This document shows, one piece after another, positions 49,838-58,703 of a stretch of DNA of 64,000 nucleotides. Each line of letters starts with the position of its first letter. Within the stretch, counting starts at the first letter, position 1. This DNA is from Flavobacteriaceae bacterium (GTDB taxonomy: Bacteria; Bacteroidota; Bacteroidia; Flavobacteriales; Flavobacteriaceae): NCBI GenBank assembly GCA_965656215.1, contig CBFHJD010000001.1:17808-81807 (forward strand), in the 5' to 3' direction. The translations under genes and the position numbers were made by a program. The notes below the pieces were generated by a model. The model was not told the origin of the DNA. It saw only the letters and a program-made list of their open reading frames with translations, and made no database searches.

Positions 49838-50302
49838 ATGTATAGAATCCCAATGACACCATTAGCAAATAATTCACCGACATACAGCATAATCAGTTCT
49901 AAAAAGAATAAAAGTACGCTGCACCTTTTTAAAGAATATCTCGTGTTCAAGTTAGAAGATGATCACACTCCTAGAAAAATATTTTTTAGCGAAATTGATG
50001 AGGTGATAATAAAAAAGCAAGGGTGGATTTTTGGGATTTTTTTTCTCTTTTCATTATTTTTTTTGGGAGGGTCAACATATCTGTTCATTCTGGAATCATT
50101 AGGCGTTTGGACGCTCGTTACAGCAGTTTTACTTTTATTAAGTTCAATCGTCAATTATATCGAAGGAAATAATAACTTGATTCAAGTTAAAAAGGGAAAT
50201 TTAAAAATAGATGTATTTAGATCTTCCAAGCCTGAGGAAATAAGTTGGGCGTATAGTCTAATAGAGAATACTCTCTGTGAACAAAAAGGATTAGACTTTT
50301 AA
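49838..50302 (+). CDS. hypothetical membrane protein
   Basis: The track ORF (49766) overlaps the divergent metallophosphoesterase start. The internal ATG at 49838 (MYRIPMTPL...) avoids the overlap. Two predicted TM helices are GWIFGIFFLFSLFFLGGSTYLFIL and VWTLVTAVLLLLSSIV. No family recognised. Confidence 0.5.
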   Translation: MYRIPMTPLANNSPTYSIISSKKNKSTLHLFKEYLVFKLEDDHTPRKIFFSEIDEVIIKKQGWIFGIFFLFSLFFLGGSTYLFILESLGVWTLVTAVLLLLSSIVNYIEGNNNLIQVKKGNLKIDVFRSSKPEEISWAYSLIENTLCEQKGLDF

Positions 50303-50340
50303 ATATTTGAAGTGGAATTGTAACAAAGAATAATTCCCAG

Positions 50341-50348
50341 TATCTTTG
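50341..50348 (+). promoter_or_regulatory. -7 promoter box immediately upstream of truA
   Basis: TATCTTTG ends 6 nt before the ATG at 50355. Confidence 0.4.
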
Positions 50349-50354
50349 CGAGGA

Positions 50355-51131
50355 ATGAATTCCAGGCGTTATTTTTTAGAGTTTTCATATGCCGGCTCAG
50401 CTTATCACGGATGGCAACGTCAACCCAATGCAATAAGTGTTCAAGAGGTGATGGAAGATGCTTTTCATACCCTACTAAAGCAGATGACACCACTAACTGC
50501 CGCGGGCAGAACGGACACGGGTGTTCATGCGAAACAAATGTTCGCTCACTTTAATAGTACTATTTCTAAAAACGAAACTGAACAATTAATTTTTCGATTG
50601 AATCAGTTTTTGCCAAAGGATATTGCCGTTCATAGTATACGTGAGGTTCATGCTGAAGCTCACGCGCGTTTTGACGCACTCAATCGAACTTATGAATATC
50701 ATTTAAGCGATGTAAAGTCTCCTTTTAAATTGGGATTGAGTTATAGTTTATACCAGCCCTTGGATATTGAAGCTATGAACACAGCAGCTTCACTACTCTT
50801 AGGGTATAAAGATTTTGAATGTTTCTCAAAGTCGAATACGGATGTGAAGACTTTCCTGTGTGATATTACAGAAGCAGTTTGGAAGAAAAACAACGATGGA
50901 CTTGTTTTTACAATTTCAGCCAATCGCTTTTTGAGAAATATGGTACGGGCCATAGTAGGCACGCTCATTGAGATCGGTTTAGGAAAAAAAAATAGTACAC
51001 AATTACACCAAATAATTCAAAGTAAAAACCGTTCTTTGGCTGGATATTCAGTCCCTGCAGAAGGACTTTTTTTAACACAAATTGACTATCCAAATTCAAT
51101 ATATCTAGAACATGGCCAAAGTAAGCGGTAA
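50355..51131 (+). CDS. truA: tRNA pseudouridine(38-40) synthase TruA
   Basis: The track start at 50346 is a TTG inside the promoter box. The ATG at 50355 gives MNSRRYFLEFSYAGSAYHGWQRQPN. The catalytic motif is GRTDTGVHA. Confidence 0.92.
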   Translation: MNSRRYFLEFSYAGSAYHGWQRQPNAISVQEVMEDAFHTLLKQMTPLTAAGRTDTGVHAKQMFAHFNSTISKNETEQLIFRLNQFLPKDIAVHSIREVHAEAHARFDALNRTYEYHLSDVKSPFKLGLSYSLYQPLDIEAMNTAASLLLGYKDFECFSKSNTDVKTFLCDITEAVWKKNNDGLVFTISANRFLRNMVRAIVGTLIEIGLGKKNSTQLHQIIQSKNRSLAGYSVPAEGLFLTQIDYPNSIYLEHGQSKR

Positions 51132-52878
51132 AATATTTGATTTAAAATTATTTTCTAAGCTGATGGCATTTGTAAAACCATTCAAAGGAACTTATTACTT
51201 TGTTTTGGTAGCTGCAATTTTACTTTCAATATTTTCAACATTAACTCCTTATTTACTAAAAGTAACTGTTGACGACTATATTAGACTTAAGAATTACGAG
51301 GGCATGGTGCTCTTTGTTGGGTTCATGCTTGGAGCCCTAATTTTGGAGGTAGTTTTCCAATTTTTATTTGTCTTTTATGCCAATTGGTTAGGTCAAAAAG
51401 TAATCAAAAATCTGAGGGTTGATCTTTTTGAAAAAATCATCTTTTTTAAGATGAGTTATTTTGATAAAACTGCAGTTGGAAGGTTAGTTACTAGAGCGGT
51501 GAGCGATATCGAGACTATTGCAAGTATTTTTTCTCAAGGGCTTTTTATGATTATAGCTGACTTGTTAAAAATGGTTTTGGTTATTGGAGTAATGTTTTAT
51601 GTGGACTGGAGACTAACCTTAATTGTCTTCTCTATATTACCAGTGATTTTATATGCTACACGACTGTTTCAAAAGTCAATGAAAAAAGCGTTTGAAGAAG
51701 TAAGACTGCAAGTTGCTAATTTAAATTCTTTTGTACAGGAGCGACTCAGTGGAATGAAAATTGTCCAAATTTTTCATCGAGAAAAAATCGAATATGATCA
51801 ATTTGTTGAGATCAACGAAAAACACAAGAAAGCTTGGCTTAAAACGGTTTGGTTTAACTCTATTTTTTTTCCAGTGGCAGAAATTTCTTCCTCTGTAACG
51901 ATTGGTTTATTGGTATGGTATGGAGGATTTAATGTCATTTCAGGAGGGAGTGTTTCTCTAGGAACAATCTTCTTGTTTATTCAAATGTCCCAGATGTTAT
52001 TCAGGCCTCTGCGACAAATTGCAGATAAATTCAATACGCTTCAAATGGGTATGGTAGCCGCTGATCGAATTTTTAAAATCTTAGAAACTGAGAGCAGTAT
52101 AAAAAATGAGGGAACCAAAAGTCCAAATGCTTTAAAAGGAGCTATCGCTTTTGACCAATTGCATTTTTCATATGTTCCAGGAGAAGAAGTTCTTCATGGA
52201 ATATCATTAAATATTAGCGCAGGAGAAACCATCGCTATTGTAGGAGCAACCGGAGCTGGTAAATCTACAATCATCAATTTGCTTTCAAGATTTTATGAAT
52301 TTGAATCTGGAGATATTACTATAGATTCTATTTCAATTAAAGACTTTGAACTCAACGCACTTCGAAAACATGTAGCAGTAGTTTTGCAAGATGTCTTTTT
52401 ATTTGCAGACAGTTTGTTTAACAATATCACTCTCTTTGACCCTGAAATCACTAGAGAAGATGTAGCTATGGCTGCTAAAAAAATTGGAGTTCATGATTTT
52501 ATTGAATCGCTACCTGGTGGATATGATTACAATGTCAAAGAACGAGGGGTGATGCTTTCGTCTGGTCAACGTCAATTAATAGCATTTTTAAGAGCCTATA
52601 TTACTCAACCTGCAATTTTAGTTTTGGATGAAGCAACCTCTTCTGTTGACAGTTATACTGAAGAGATAATCCAAAAGGCAATTGATACTTTAACTGAAGG
52701 AAAAACCTCAATTGTAATTGCGCATCGACTTGCTACGGTAAAGAATGCCGATCGAATTATTGTTATGGATCAAGGGAAAATAGTTGAGCAAGGAACGCAT
52801 AAAGAATTACTCAAAGTGGCTAACGGTTTTTATGCCAAGTTGTACGAAGTTCAATTTGCTGAAGCGGTCCCGTTATAG
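51112..52878 (+). CDS. ABC transporter permease/ATP-binding protein (MsbA-like exporter)
   Basis: 588 aa with a six-helix TMD plus an NBD. Motifs are Walker A GATGAGKST, signature LSSGQRQLIAFLRA and Walker B ILVLDEATSSVD. The start overlaps truA by 20 nt. Confidence 0.9.
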   Translation: MAKVSGKIFDLKLFSKLMAFVKPFKGTYYFVLVAAILLSIFSTLTPYLLKVTVDDYIRLKNYEGMVLFVGFMLGALILEVVFQFLFVFYANWLGQKVIKNLRVDLFEKIIFFKMSYFDKTAVGRLVTRAVSDIETIASIFSQGLFMIIADLLKMVLVIGVMFYVDWRLTLIVFSILPVILYATRLFQKSMKKAFEEVRLQVANLNSFVQERLSGMKIVQIFHREKIEYDQFVEINEKHKKAWLKTVWFNSIFFPVAEISSSVTIGLLVWYGGFNVISGGSVSLGTIFLFIQMSQMLFRPLRQIADKFNTLQMGMVAADRIFKILETESSIKNEGTKSPNALKGAIAFDQLHFSYVPGEEVLHGISLNISAGETIAIVGATGAGKSTIINLLSRFYEFESGDITIDSISIKDFELNALRKHVAVVLQDVFLFADSLFNNITLFDPEITREDVAMAAKKIGVHDFIESLPGGYDYNVKERGVMLSSGQRQLIAFLRAYITQPAILVLDEATSSVDSYTEEIIQKAIDTLTEGKTSIVIAHRLATVKNADRIIVMDQGKIVEQGTHKELLKVANGFYAKLYEVQFAEAVPL

Positions 52879-52879
52879 A

Positions 52880-53746
52880 TTATTCACTTAGGTCTTGAGA
52901 TAAGGTTTCTTTTAAAGCCGCTATTGAATCAATCGGATAAAACTCACTGTCTTTGATGTAAACTATCTTACCCGTCTGTTCTGAAATCACCACTACTAGA
53001 GCATCCGTTTTCTCTGTGATGCCTAAACCCGCTCTATGTCTAAGCCCATATTTTGCTGGAAGCCTAGTTTTTTCAGATAATGGTAGCACAACTCGTGTTG
53101 CAATTATTCGATTATTTTTGATCACAACTGCTCCGTCGTGAAGAGGACTATTTTTAAAGAAGATACTTTGTAAAACCAAGGGGTCCAACTTCATGTCAGT
53201 TTGGTTATTACTTGAAAAGGTAAATTCAAGACTGTTATTTCTTTGAATCACAATAATTGCTCCCATCTTACTTTTTGCCATTTCTTCGCAAGCATCGACA
53301 AGGACATCAAAGTTAAGGTTAGGAGTGTTTTTTTCTTGATTCAAGAAACGGAAGTAACGCAACATGTTGCGCCGTGTAGTAAAATTGGTTGAACCTAATA
53401 AAAGAAGGAACTTCCTTATTTCTTGTTGAAATACAACGATTAGAGCAAAGAATCCAACGCTGATGAATTTACCAAGTAGATTACTTAAAACATCCATATT
53501 GAGTAAATCAGTTAGTCTCCAAATCAGATAGATGATCACAATTCCAACAAAAATATTAATGGCCACAGTGCCTCTAAGTAGCTTGTAAAGATAAAAGAGA
53601 AGTAGCGCTACAAGAAGAATGTCTACTACATCTATAAAAGAAAAATCGATAAAATCAGTCAGCTTCAAAAGTGGCGTTTTTGTAAAATTAAGAAAACTAT
53701 TGAAGCGCTGAGAATAAGTCAATACATTCTTTAGCTTCTTGTACAT
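52880..53746 (-). CDS. cdaA: diadenylate cyclase CdaA (c-di-AMP synthase)
   Basis: N-terminal TM helices are followed by a DAC domain (LHDGAVVI, GLRHRAGLGITEKTDALVVVISEQTGKI). The ATG at 53746 overlaps folP by 50 nt. An alternative TTG at 53668 would remove the overlap. Confidence 0.88.
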   Translation of the reverse strand: MYKKLKNVLTYSQRFNSFLNFTKTPLLKLTDFIDFSFIDVVDILLVALLLFYLYKLLRGTVAINIFVGIVIIYLIWRLTDLLNMDVLSNLLGKFISVGFFALIVVFQQEIRKFLLLLGSTNFTTRRNMLRYFRFLNQEKNTPNLNFDVLVDACEEMAKSKMGAIIVIQRNNSLEFTFSSNNQTDMKLDPLVLQSIFFKNSPLHDGAVVIKNNRIIATRVVLPLSEKTRLPAKYGLRHRAGLGITEKTDALVVVISEQTGKIVYIKDSEFYPIDSIAALKETLSQDLSE

Positions 53747-54566
53747 CGTGCACCCTCAAAATTGAAGCCCCTCGTTCCAATCCCCAAGCATGCAAAGCGG
53801 TAGTGCCGTTGAGTGCTGTTTCAGCACTTCCATCTAAAGTTTTATAAATCATCGATTTTCTTGAAACCCCAATCAAAACGGGACATCTTAGATCAATTAA
53901 GACATTCAATTCCTTAAGTAATTGAAAATTATGAGCTACTGTTTTGCCAAATCCAAATCCGGGATCAATGATGATGTCTTTAATGCCTACTTCCGAAGCC
54001 AGTTGAACCCGTTTAATTAATTTTGATTTAATTTCTTTGGTGATGTGGGTATAATGCGGTTTTTGCTGCATCTTATCGGGAGTTCCTTGCATATGCATCA
54101 TGACATAAGGAGCTTGAAACCCGGCAACTGTTTTAAACATTTCAGGATCAATTTCACCACCAGAAATATCATTAATCATACTGGCTCCTGCTGCTAATGA
54201 TTCTCCAGCCACCTCACTGTTGTACGTATCAATTGAAAAGTGCGTATCTGGAAACGTTTTGATTAGCTTTTTTAAACTTGGCAGCAATTTTTTAATCTCT
54301 TCTTTGGCAGATATTTGTTTACTACCAGGCTTACTGCTTGCCGCACCAACGTCAATAAAAAAAGCGCCAGCATTAAGCATTTTTTCTGTTTGTTTCAAGG
54401 CAAGATCAATACTGTTGTATTTTCCGCCATCAAAAAAGGAGTCCTCGGTTAAGTTTAGTATTCCCATCACCCTAGGGGTTCCTAGGTCAACTAATTCTCC
54501 TTTAATATTTATAGTCAAAGCTGTGGTTTTCTTTTTAATAACTTTTTTTAAATGACAGTTTAGCAC
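53697..54566 (-). CDS. folP: dihydropteroate synthase
   Basis: Motifs are MGILNLTEDSFFDGG, IDVGAASSKPG and IIIDPGFGFGK. The track start at 54566 is a GTG. A TTG at 54518 (MTINIKGELVDL...) is an alternative start. Confidence 0.92.
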   Translation of the reverse strand: MLNCHLKKVIKKKTTALTINIKGELVDLGTPRVMGILNLTEDSFFDGGKYNSIDLALKQTEKMLNAGAFFIDVGAASSKPGSKQISAKEEIKKLLPSLKKLIKTFPDTHFSIDTYNSEVAGESLAAGASMINDISGGEIDPEMFKTVAGFQAPYVMMHMQGTPDKMQQKPHYTHITKEIKSKLIKRVQLASEVGIKDIIIDPGFGFGKTVAHNFQLLKELNVLIDLRCPVLIGVSRKSMIYKTLDGSAETALNGTTALHAWGLERGASILRVHDVQEAKECIDLFSALQ

Positions 54567-54589
54567 TAAATTTAAGCACGAAATTTAAG

Positions 54590-54597
54590 CAAATTTA
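54590..54597 (-). promoter_or_regulatory. -7 promoter box for folP-cdaA
   Basis: Minus-strand TAAATTTG lies in the short folP/DUF1599 divergent spacer. Confidence 0.4.
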
Positions 54598-54603
54598 GTT
54601 GAA

Positions 54604-55149
54604 ATGGAAGTGACCGTAAAACAGTATCAAGCAATAACATCTCAATGCCGACTTTTATTTAAAAATAAAATGACTGATTACGGTGCTGCATGGCGTATTT
54701 TAAGACTCCCCTCTCTAACGGATCAAATCTTCATTAAGGCGCAACGTATTCGTGGTTTGCAGACTAATAAAGAACAGAAGGTGGCTGAAGGGCAGGAATC
54801 AGAGTTTATTGGAATTATCAACTACAGTATAATGGCATTGATTCAAATTGAAAAAGGCATTGTAGAACAACCGGATGTAGATGTTGATAAAGCACTTGAA
54901 CTCTACGACGAACAGTTGCAGATTATTTTTGATTTGATGATGAAAAAAAATCATGACTATGGAGAAGCTTGGCGTGAAATGAGGGTGAGCTCATTGACTG
55001 ATTTAATTTTGCAAAAACTGCTGAGAGTAAAACAAATAGAGGAGAATTCTGGAAAGACATTGGTAAGCGAAGGAATTGATGCTAATTACCAAGACATGGT
55101 AAACTACGCTGTTTTTGCTTTAATTCACTTGCAAGAGTCTAAAGCGTAA
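54604..55149 (+). CDS. DUF1599 domain-containing protein (two DUF1599 repeats)
   Basis: 181 aa with the repeated pattern DYGAAWRILRLPSLTDQIFIKAQRIR and DYGEAWREMRVSSLTDLILQKLLRVK. Confidence 0.75.
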   Translation: MEVTVKQYQAITSQCRLLFKNKMTDYGAAWRILRLPSLTDQIFIKAQRIRGLQTNKEQKVAEGQESEFIGIINYSIMALIQIEKGIVEQPDVDVDKALELYDEQLQIIFDLMMKKNHDYGEAWREMRVSSLTDLILQKLLRVKQIEENSGKTLVSEGIDANYQDMVNYAVFALIHLQESKA

Positions 55150-56225
55150 TGATACGCTATATCCTACAAAAACTGGGCACTACTATAGTAGCCCTTTGGG
55201 GTGTAGCCAGTTTAGTTTTTTTTCTTTTTACGGTTTTGCCTGGTGATCCAGCTCAAATGATGTTAGATCAAAATGAAGACAGTGCTCAATTGGAAATCAT
55301 CAAATCTAAATTTGGATTTGATTTACCCTTATCAAGACAATACATTCATTTTCTCAATGATTTACTTCCTCTATCCATTCACTCTACTGATTCGAATCAA
55401 TTTGGGCATTATGATTCCAGTATTTATGGAGGTTGGGAGTTGTTCAAAACAAGGAAAAGGGTTTTGGTAATAAAAGCCCCCTATTTTAGAACATCCTATC
55501 AAAAAAGGGGAAAGCCAATTACAGAAATCATTAAAGAAACACTCCCTAATACTGCTTTATTAGCAGTTTCCTCAATGAGTATTGCGATAGTTTTAGGCGT
55601 TTTTCTTGGACTAGTAGCTACGTTAAATAAAGATACCTGGATCGATCGGTTTTTACAATTATTTAGTACACTGGGGATGAGTGTTCCCTCATTTTTTAGT
55701 GCTATTTTATTTTCTTGGTTTTTTGGATATGTACTCCATCAATTTACTGGACTGAATATGACGGGAAGTCTTTATGAATTAGATGATTTTGGAGAGGCCA
55801 ATCAACTGCAATGGAAAAATTTAATACTTCCTTCATTTGTTTTGGGAATTAGGCCTTTGGCTGTAATTATACAATTGTTGCGAAGTAATTTACTCGAAGT
55901 TTTATCAGAAGATTATATTCGTACGGCCTATGCCAAAGGACTCTCTCGCTATCAAGTTTTGTTTAAGCATGCAATAAAAAACGCTCTGAACCCAGTAATA
56001 ACAGCTATTTCAGGGTGGTTTGCATCACTTTTGGCTGGAGCAGTATTTGTAGAATATATTTTTGGATGGAAGGGTTTGGGTAAAGAAATTGTAGAGGCAT
56101 TAAATCAGTTGGACATTCCTGTTGTAATGGGTGCTGTTTTAACCATTGCCTTCTTCTTTATTATCATTAATATTGTGGTCGATTTTATTTACGCTTATTT
56201 AGATCCAAGAATTAAAACATTTTAA
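55149..56225 (+). CDS. ABC transporter permease (DppB/OppB-like)
   Basis: 358 aa. The N-terminus MIRYILQKLGTTIVALWGVASLVFFLFTVLPGDPAQMML and the EAA-region EDYIRTAYAKGLSRYQVLFKHAIKNAL fit the family. The start forms a TAATG overlap with the DUF1599 gene. Confidence 0.85.
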   Translation: MIRYILQKLGTTIVALWGVASLVFFLFTVLPGDPAQMMLDQNEDSAQLEIIKSKFGFDLPLSRQYIHFLNDLLPLSIHSTDSNQFGHYDSSIYGGWELFKTRKRVLVIKAPYFRTSYQKRGKPITEIIKETLPNTALLAVSSMSIAIVLGVFLGLVATLNKDTWIDRFLQLFSTLGMSVPSFFSAILFSWFFGYVLHQFTGLNMTGSLYELDDFGEANQLQWKNLILPSFVLGIRPLAVIIQLLRSNLLEVLSEDYIRTAYAKGLSRYQVLFKHAIKNALNPVITAISGWFASLLAGAVFVEYIFGWKGLGKEIVEALNQLDIPVVMGAVLTIAFFFIIINIVVDFIYAYLDPRIKTF

Positions 56226-56227
56226 AC

Positions 56228-56977
56228 ATGAGAAATCAAATTGTAGCAGGGAATTGGAAGATGAACAACAATACCGCTGAAACTCAACTTTTATTAGAAA
56301 ATTTAATGCAACATGAAATTCGTGAAGACGTTTCAGTTTATGTTGCTCCTGCATTTACTCAGCTGTTTCAATCAGTCCATATGCTTGAGCTTCAGTCTAT
56401 ATCAGTTGCAGCACAAAACATGAACGCAGCAGCTTCAGGTGCACATACTGGAGAAGTATCTTCGGCTATGCTAAAAGGGGTTGGAGTAAATACCGTTATT
56501 TTAGGCCATTCAGAGCGACGTTCCCTTTATGGTGAGACAGACGATTTGCTAAAAGCAAAAGTAGCCACCGCTATTGAAGCCGGAATGGAAATTATGTTCT
56601 GTTTTGGGGAAGAATTAAGCGATCGAAAAGAAAACAAGCACTTTGATTTAGTTAAAACACAACTTGCCTCAGCATTGTTTGATTTACCTAATACCGCTTG
56701 GAGTCAAATCATCCTGGCTTACGAACCAGTTTGGGCCATTGGAACAGGGGAGACTGCAAGTCCAGAACAAGCACAAGAAATGCACGCTTTTATCCGTCAG
56801 CAAATTGAATCTCAATACGATGCAGCACTAGCAGATCGAGTTTCTATTTTATACGGAGGAAGCGTTAAGCCCAACAATGCCAAAGAAATTTTCTCGATGG
56901 CAGATGTTGATGGTGGACTAATAGGTGGTGCTTCGCTCAATGCTGAGGACTTTATGGCGATTGTAAACGCTTTTTAA
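56228..56977 (+). CDS. tpiA: triose-phosphate isomerase
   Basis: Motifs are GNWKMN, ILGHSERR, AYEPVWAIGTG and YGGSVK. Confidence 0.96.
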   Translation: MRNQIVAGNWKMNNNTAETQLLLENLMQHEIREDVSVYVAPAFTQLFQSVHMLELQSISVAAQNMNAAASGAHTGEVSSAMLKGVGVNTVILGHSERRSLYGETDDLLKAKVATAIEAGMEIMFCFGEELSDRKENKHFDLVKTQLASALFDLPNTAWSQIILAYEPVWAIGTGETASPEQAQEMHAFIRQQIESQYDAALADRVSILYGGSVKPNNAKEIFSMADVDGGLIGGASLNAEDFMAIVNAF

Positions 56978-57810
56978 TGGCGCAAGCTTATATTGAATAT
57001 CGTTTTTCTATACATCCAAAAACTCCATGGGAAGACATTTTGCTCGCAACATTACAAACGCTTCCCTTTGAAAGCTTTATGAGTACCGAGCAGGGGTTAA
57101 ATGCTTATGTTCCTCTTGATAATCATCAAGAAAACTTTCTTGAATCAATAGATCTTCCAAGTGGAAAAGACGTTAAAATTAAGGTTAGAAGTTCTGAAAT
57201 ACTTCCTGAAAATTGGAATGCTCAGTGGGAATCCAATTTTCATCCCATTTTTGTGGGTGAAGAATGTGTTGTTCGAGCTGATTTTCATGAAAATCAAGGA
57301 AAGAAGTACGAATTAATCATCAACCCCAAAATGAGTTTTGGAACCGGACATCATCCAACCACCCATATGATGATGGAATTTGTATTAGAAACTTCTTTAA
57401 AAAGTAAAACCTTACTTGATATGGGATGTGGAACAGGTGTTCTTGGTATTTTAGCATTAAAAAAAGGAGCACTAAAAGTACATGCTATTGATCACGACCC
57501 TTGGTGTGTAGAAAATAGTATTGAAAATGCTAAAAAAAACGGTTGTAAGAATTTTCGTTCAGAACAAGCAGCTTCGCTAAGCGAGGCGTATCCTTTTTAT
57601 GATGTTATTTTCGCAAATATCAATAGGAATATCTTGTTAGAACAAATTCCAAGTTACGCTCGTGCACTAAACGAAGGAGGAAGTTTGTTTTTATCTGGAT
57701 TTTATGAGCGTGATGTTGAGGCATTAAAGCAAAGTTGTCAAAATGAAAACTTAACTTTGGTTAGCACAAAAGAAAGAGATACATGGTGTGCACTGAAATT
57801 CATCAAGTGA
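56977..57810 (+). CDS. prmA: 50S ribosomal protein L11 methyltransferase
   Basis: 277 aa with FGTGHHPTT and the SAM motif DMGCGTGVLGI. Confidence 0.9.
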   Translation: MAQAYIEYRFSIHPKTPWEDILLATLQTLPFESFMSTEQGLNAYVPLDNHQENFLESIDLPSGKDVKIKVRSSEILPENWNAQWESNFHPIFVGEECVVRADFHENQGKKYELIINPKMSFGTGHHPTTHMMMEFVLETSLKSKTLLDMGCGTGVLGILALKKGALKVHAIDHDPWCVENSIENAKKNGCKNFRSEQAASLSEAYPFYDVIFANINRNILLEQIPSYARALNEGGSLFLSGFYERDVEALKQSCQNENLTLVSTKERDTWCALKFIK

Positions 57811-58091
57811 TTGCTACAAAACCAGAAGAAAGCCCAGAGGGTGTTGAGCAAGTTCTTGTTCAGCCTGATCAAGAACATGAAATTATTTTGTACAATGATG
57901 ACATCAATACTTTTGATCATGTGATTGCATGTTTGATAAAGATTTGTGAACATACATACATGCAAGCTGAACAGTGTGCTTATCTGGTTCATTTTACTGG
58001 AAAGTGTGCCGTCAAAACAGGATCTTTAGAAGATCTAATCCCTAGATGTACCGCACTTTTGGAAGAAGGCTTAAGTGCTGAAGTAGTCTGA
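57783..58091 (+). CDS. clpS: ATP-dependent Clp protease adaptor ClpS
   Basis: The core is ILYNDDINTFDHVIACLIKICEH...AEQCAYLVHFTGKCAVK. The ATG at 57783 overlaps prmA by 28 nt. An in-frame GTG at 57807 would give a GTGA overlap with the prmA stop instead. Confidence 0.85.
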   Translation: MVCTEIHQVIATKPEESPEGVEQVLVQPDQEHEIILYNDDINTFDHVIACLIKICEHTYMQAEQCAYLVHFTGKCAVKTGSLEDLIPRCTALLEEGLSAEVV

Positions 58092-58148
58092 TTTGTCTGA
58101 TTGACTTTTTAGAACCAAAAAAAACAGCGACATTTGAAAAAAAAAACA

Positions 58149-58703
58149 ATGAAATTAATTTTAACATTATTGGTATTTATGATTGCTACAGAAACTGCTT
58201 TTTCACAGAACGAGGCTGATAACACTATTTTTCAATTTAGAGTAAAGAACTTAGAAGGACAGGATTTTGATTTTAGCACATTGAAAGGGAAAAAAGTGAT
58301 GATTGTCAACACCGCTTCTAAATGCGGGCTTACCCCTCAATACAAAAAGCTCCAGGCGCTATATGAAAAATATGGTGAAGAAGAATTTGTGATTGTTGGT
58401 TTTCCAGCAAATAATTTTTTGAGACAAGAACCAGGATCAGATGAAGAAATTGCTGCTTTTTGTGAGAGTAATTACGGTGTAACTTTTCCGATGATGAGTA
58501 AAATTTCAGTAAAAGGTAAAGACATTCACCCCATTTATGAGTTTTTAACTCAAGAAAGCAAAAATGGGATAGTAAATTCTAGTGTATCATGGAATTTCCA
58601 AAAATATTTAATCAATCCTGATGGAAGACTGGCCCGTGTGGTATCCCCAAGAACACAACCAGATGATCCTAGTGTAATCTCATGGATAGAATCAAATGAA
58701 TAA
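58149..58703 (+). CDS. glutathione peroxidase family protein with signal peptide
   Basis: The track start at 58134 is a TTG. The ATG at 58149 gives the signal peptide MKLILTLLVFMIATETAFSQ. Gpx motifs are NTASKCGLTPQY (Cys, codon TGC), FPANNF and WNFQKYL. Confidence 0.88.
   Translation: MKLILTLLVFMIATETAFSQNEADNTIFQFRVKNLEGQDFDFSTLKGKKVMIVNTASKCGLTPQYKKLQALYEKYGEEEFVIVGFPANNFLRQEPGSDEEIAAFCESNYGVTFPMMSKISVKGKDIHPIYEFLTQESKNGIVNSSVSWNFQKYLINPDGRLARVVSPRTQPDDPSVISWIESNE

Noticed and set aside
58149-58703. Possible selenocysteine in the glutathione-peroxidase homologue
   Set aside because: The active-site codon is TGC (Cys) in NTASKCG. There is no in-frame TGA and no SECIS-like hairpin.
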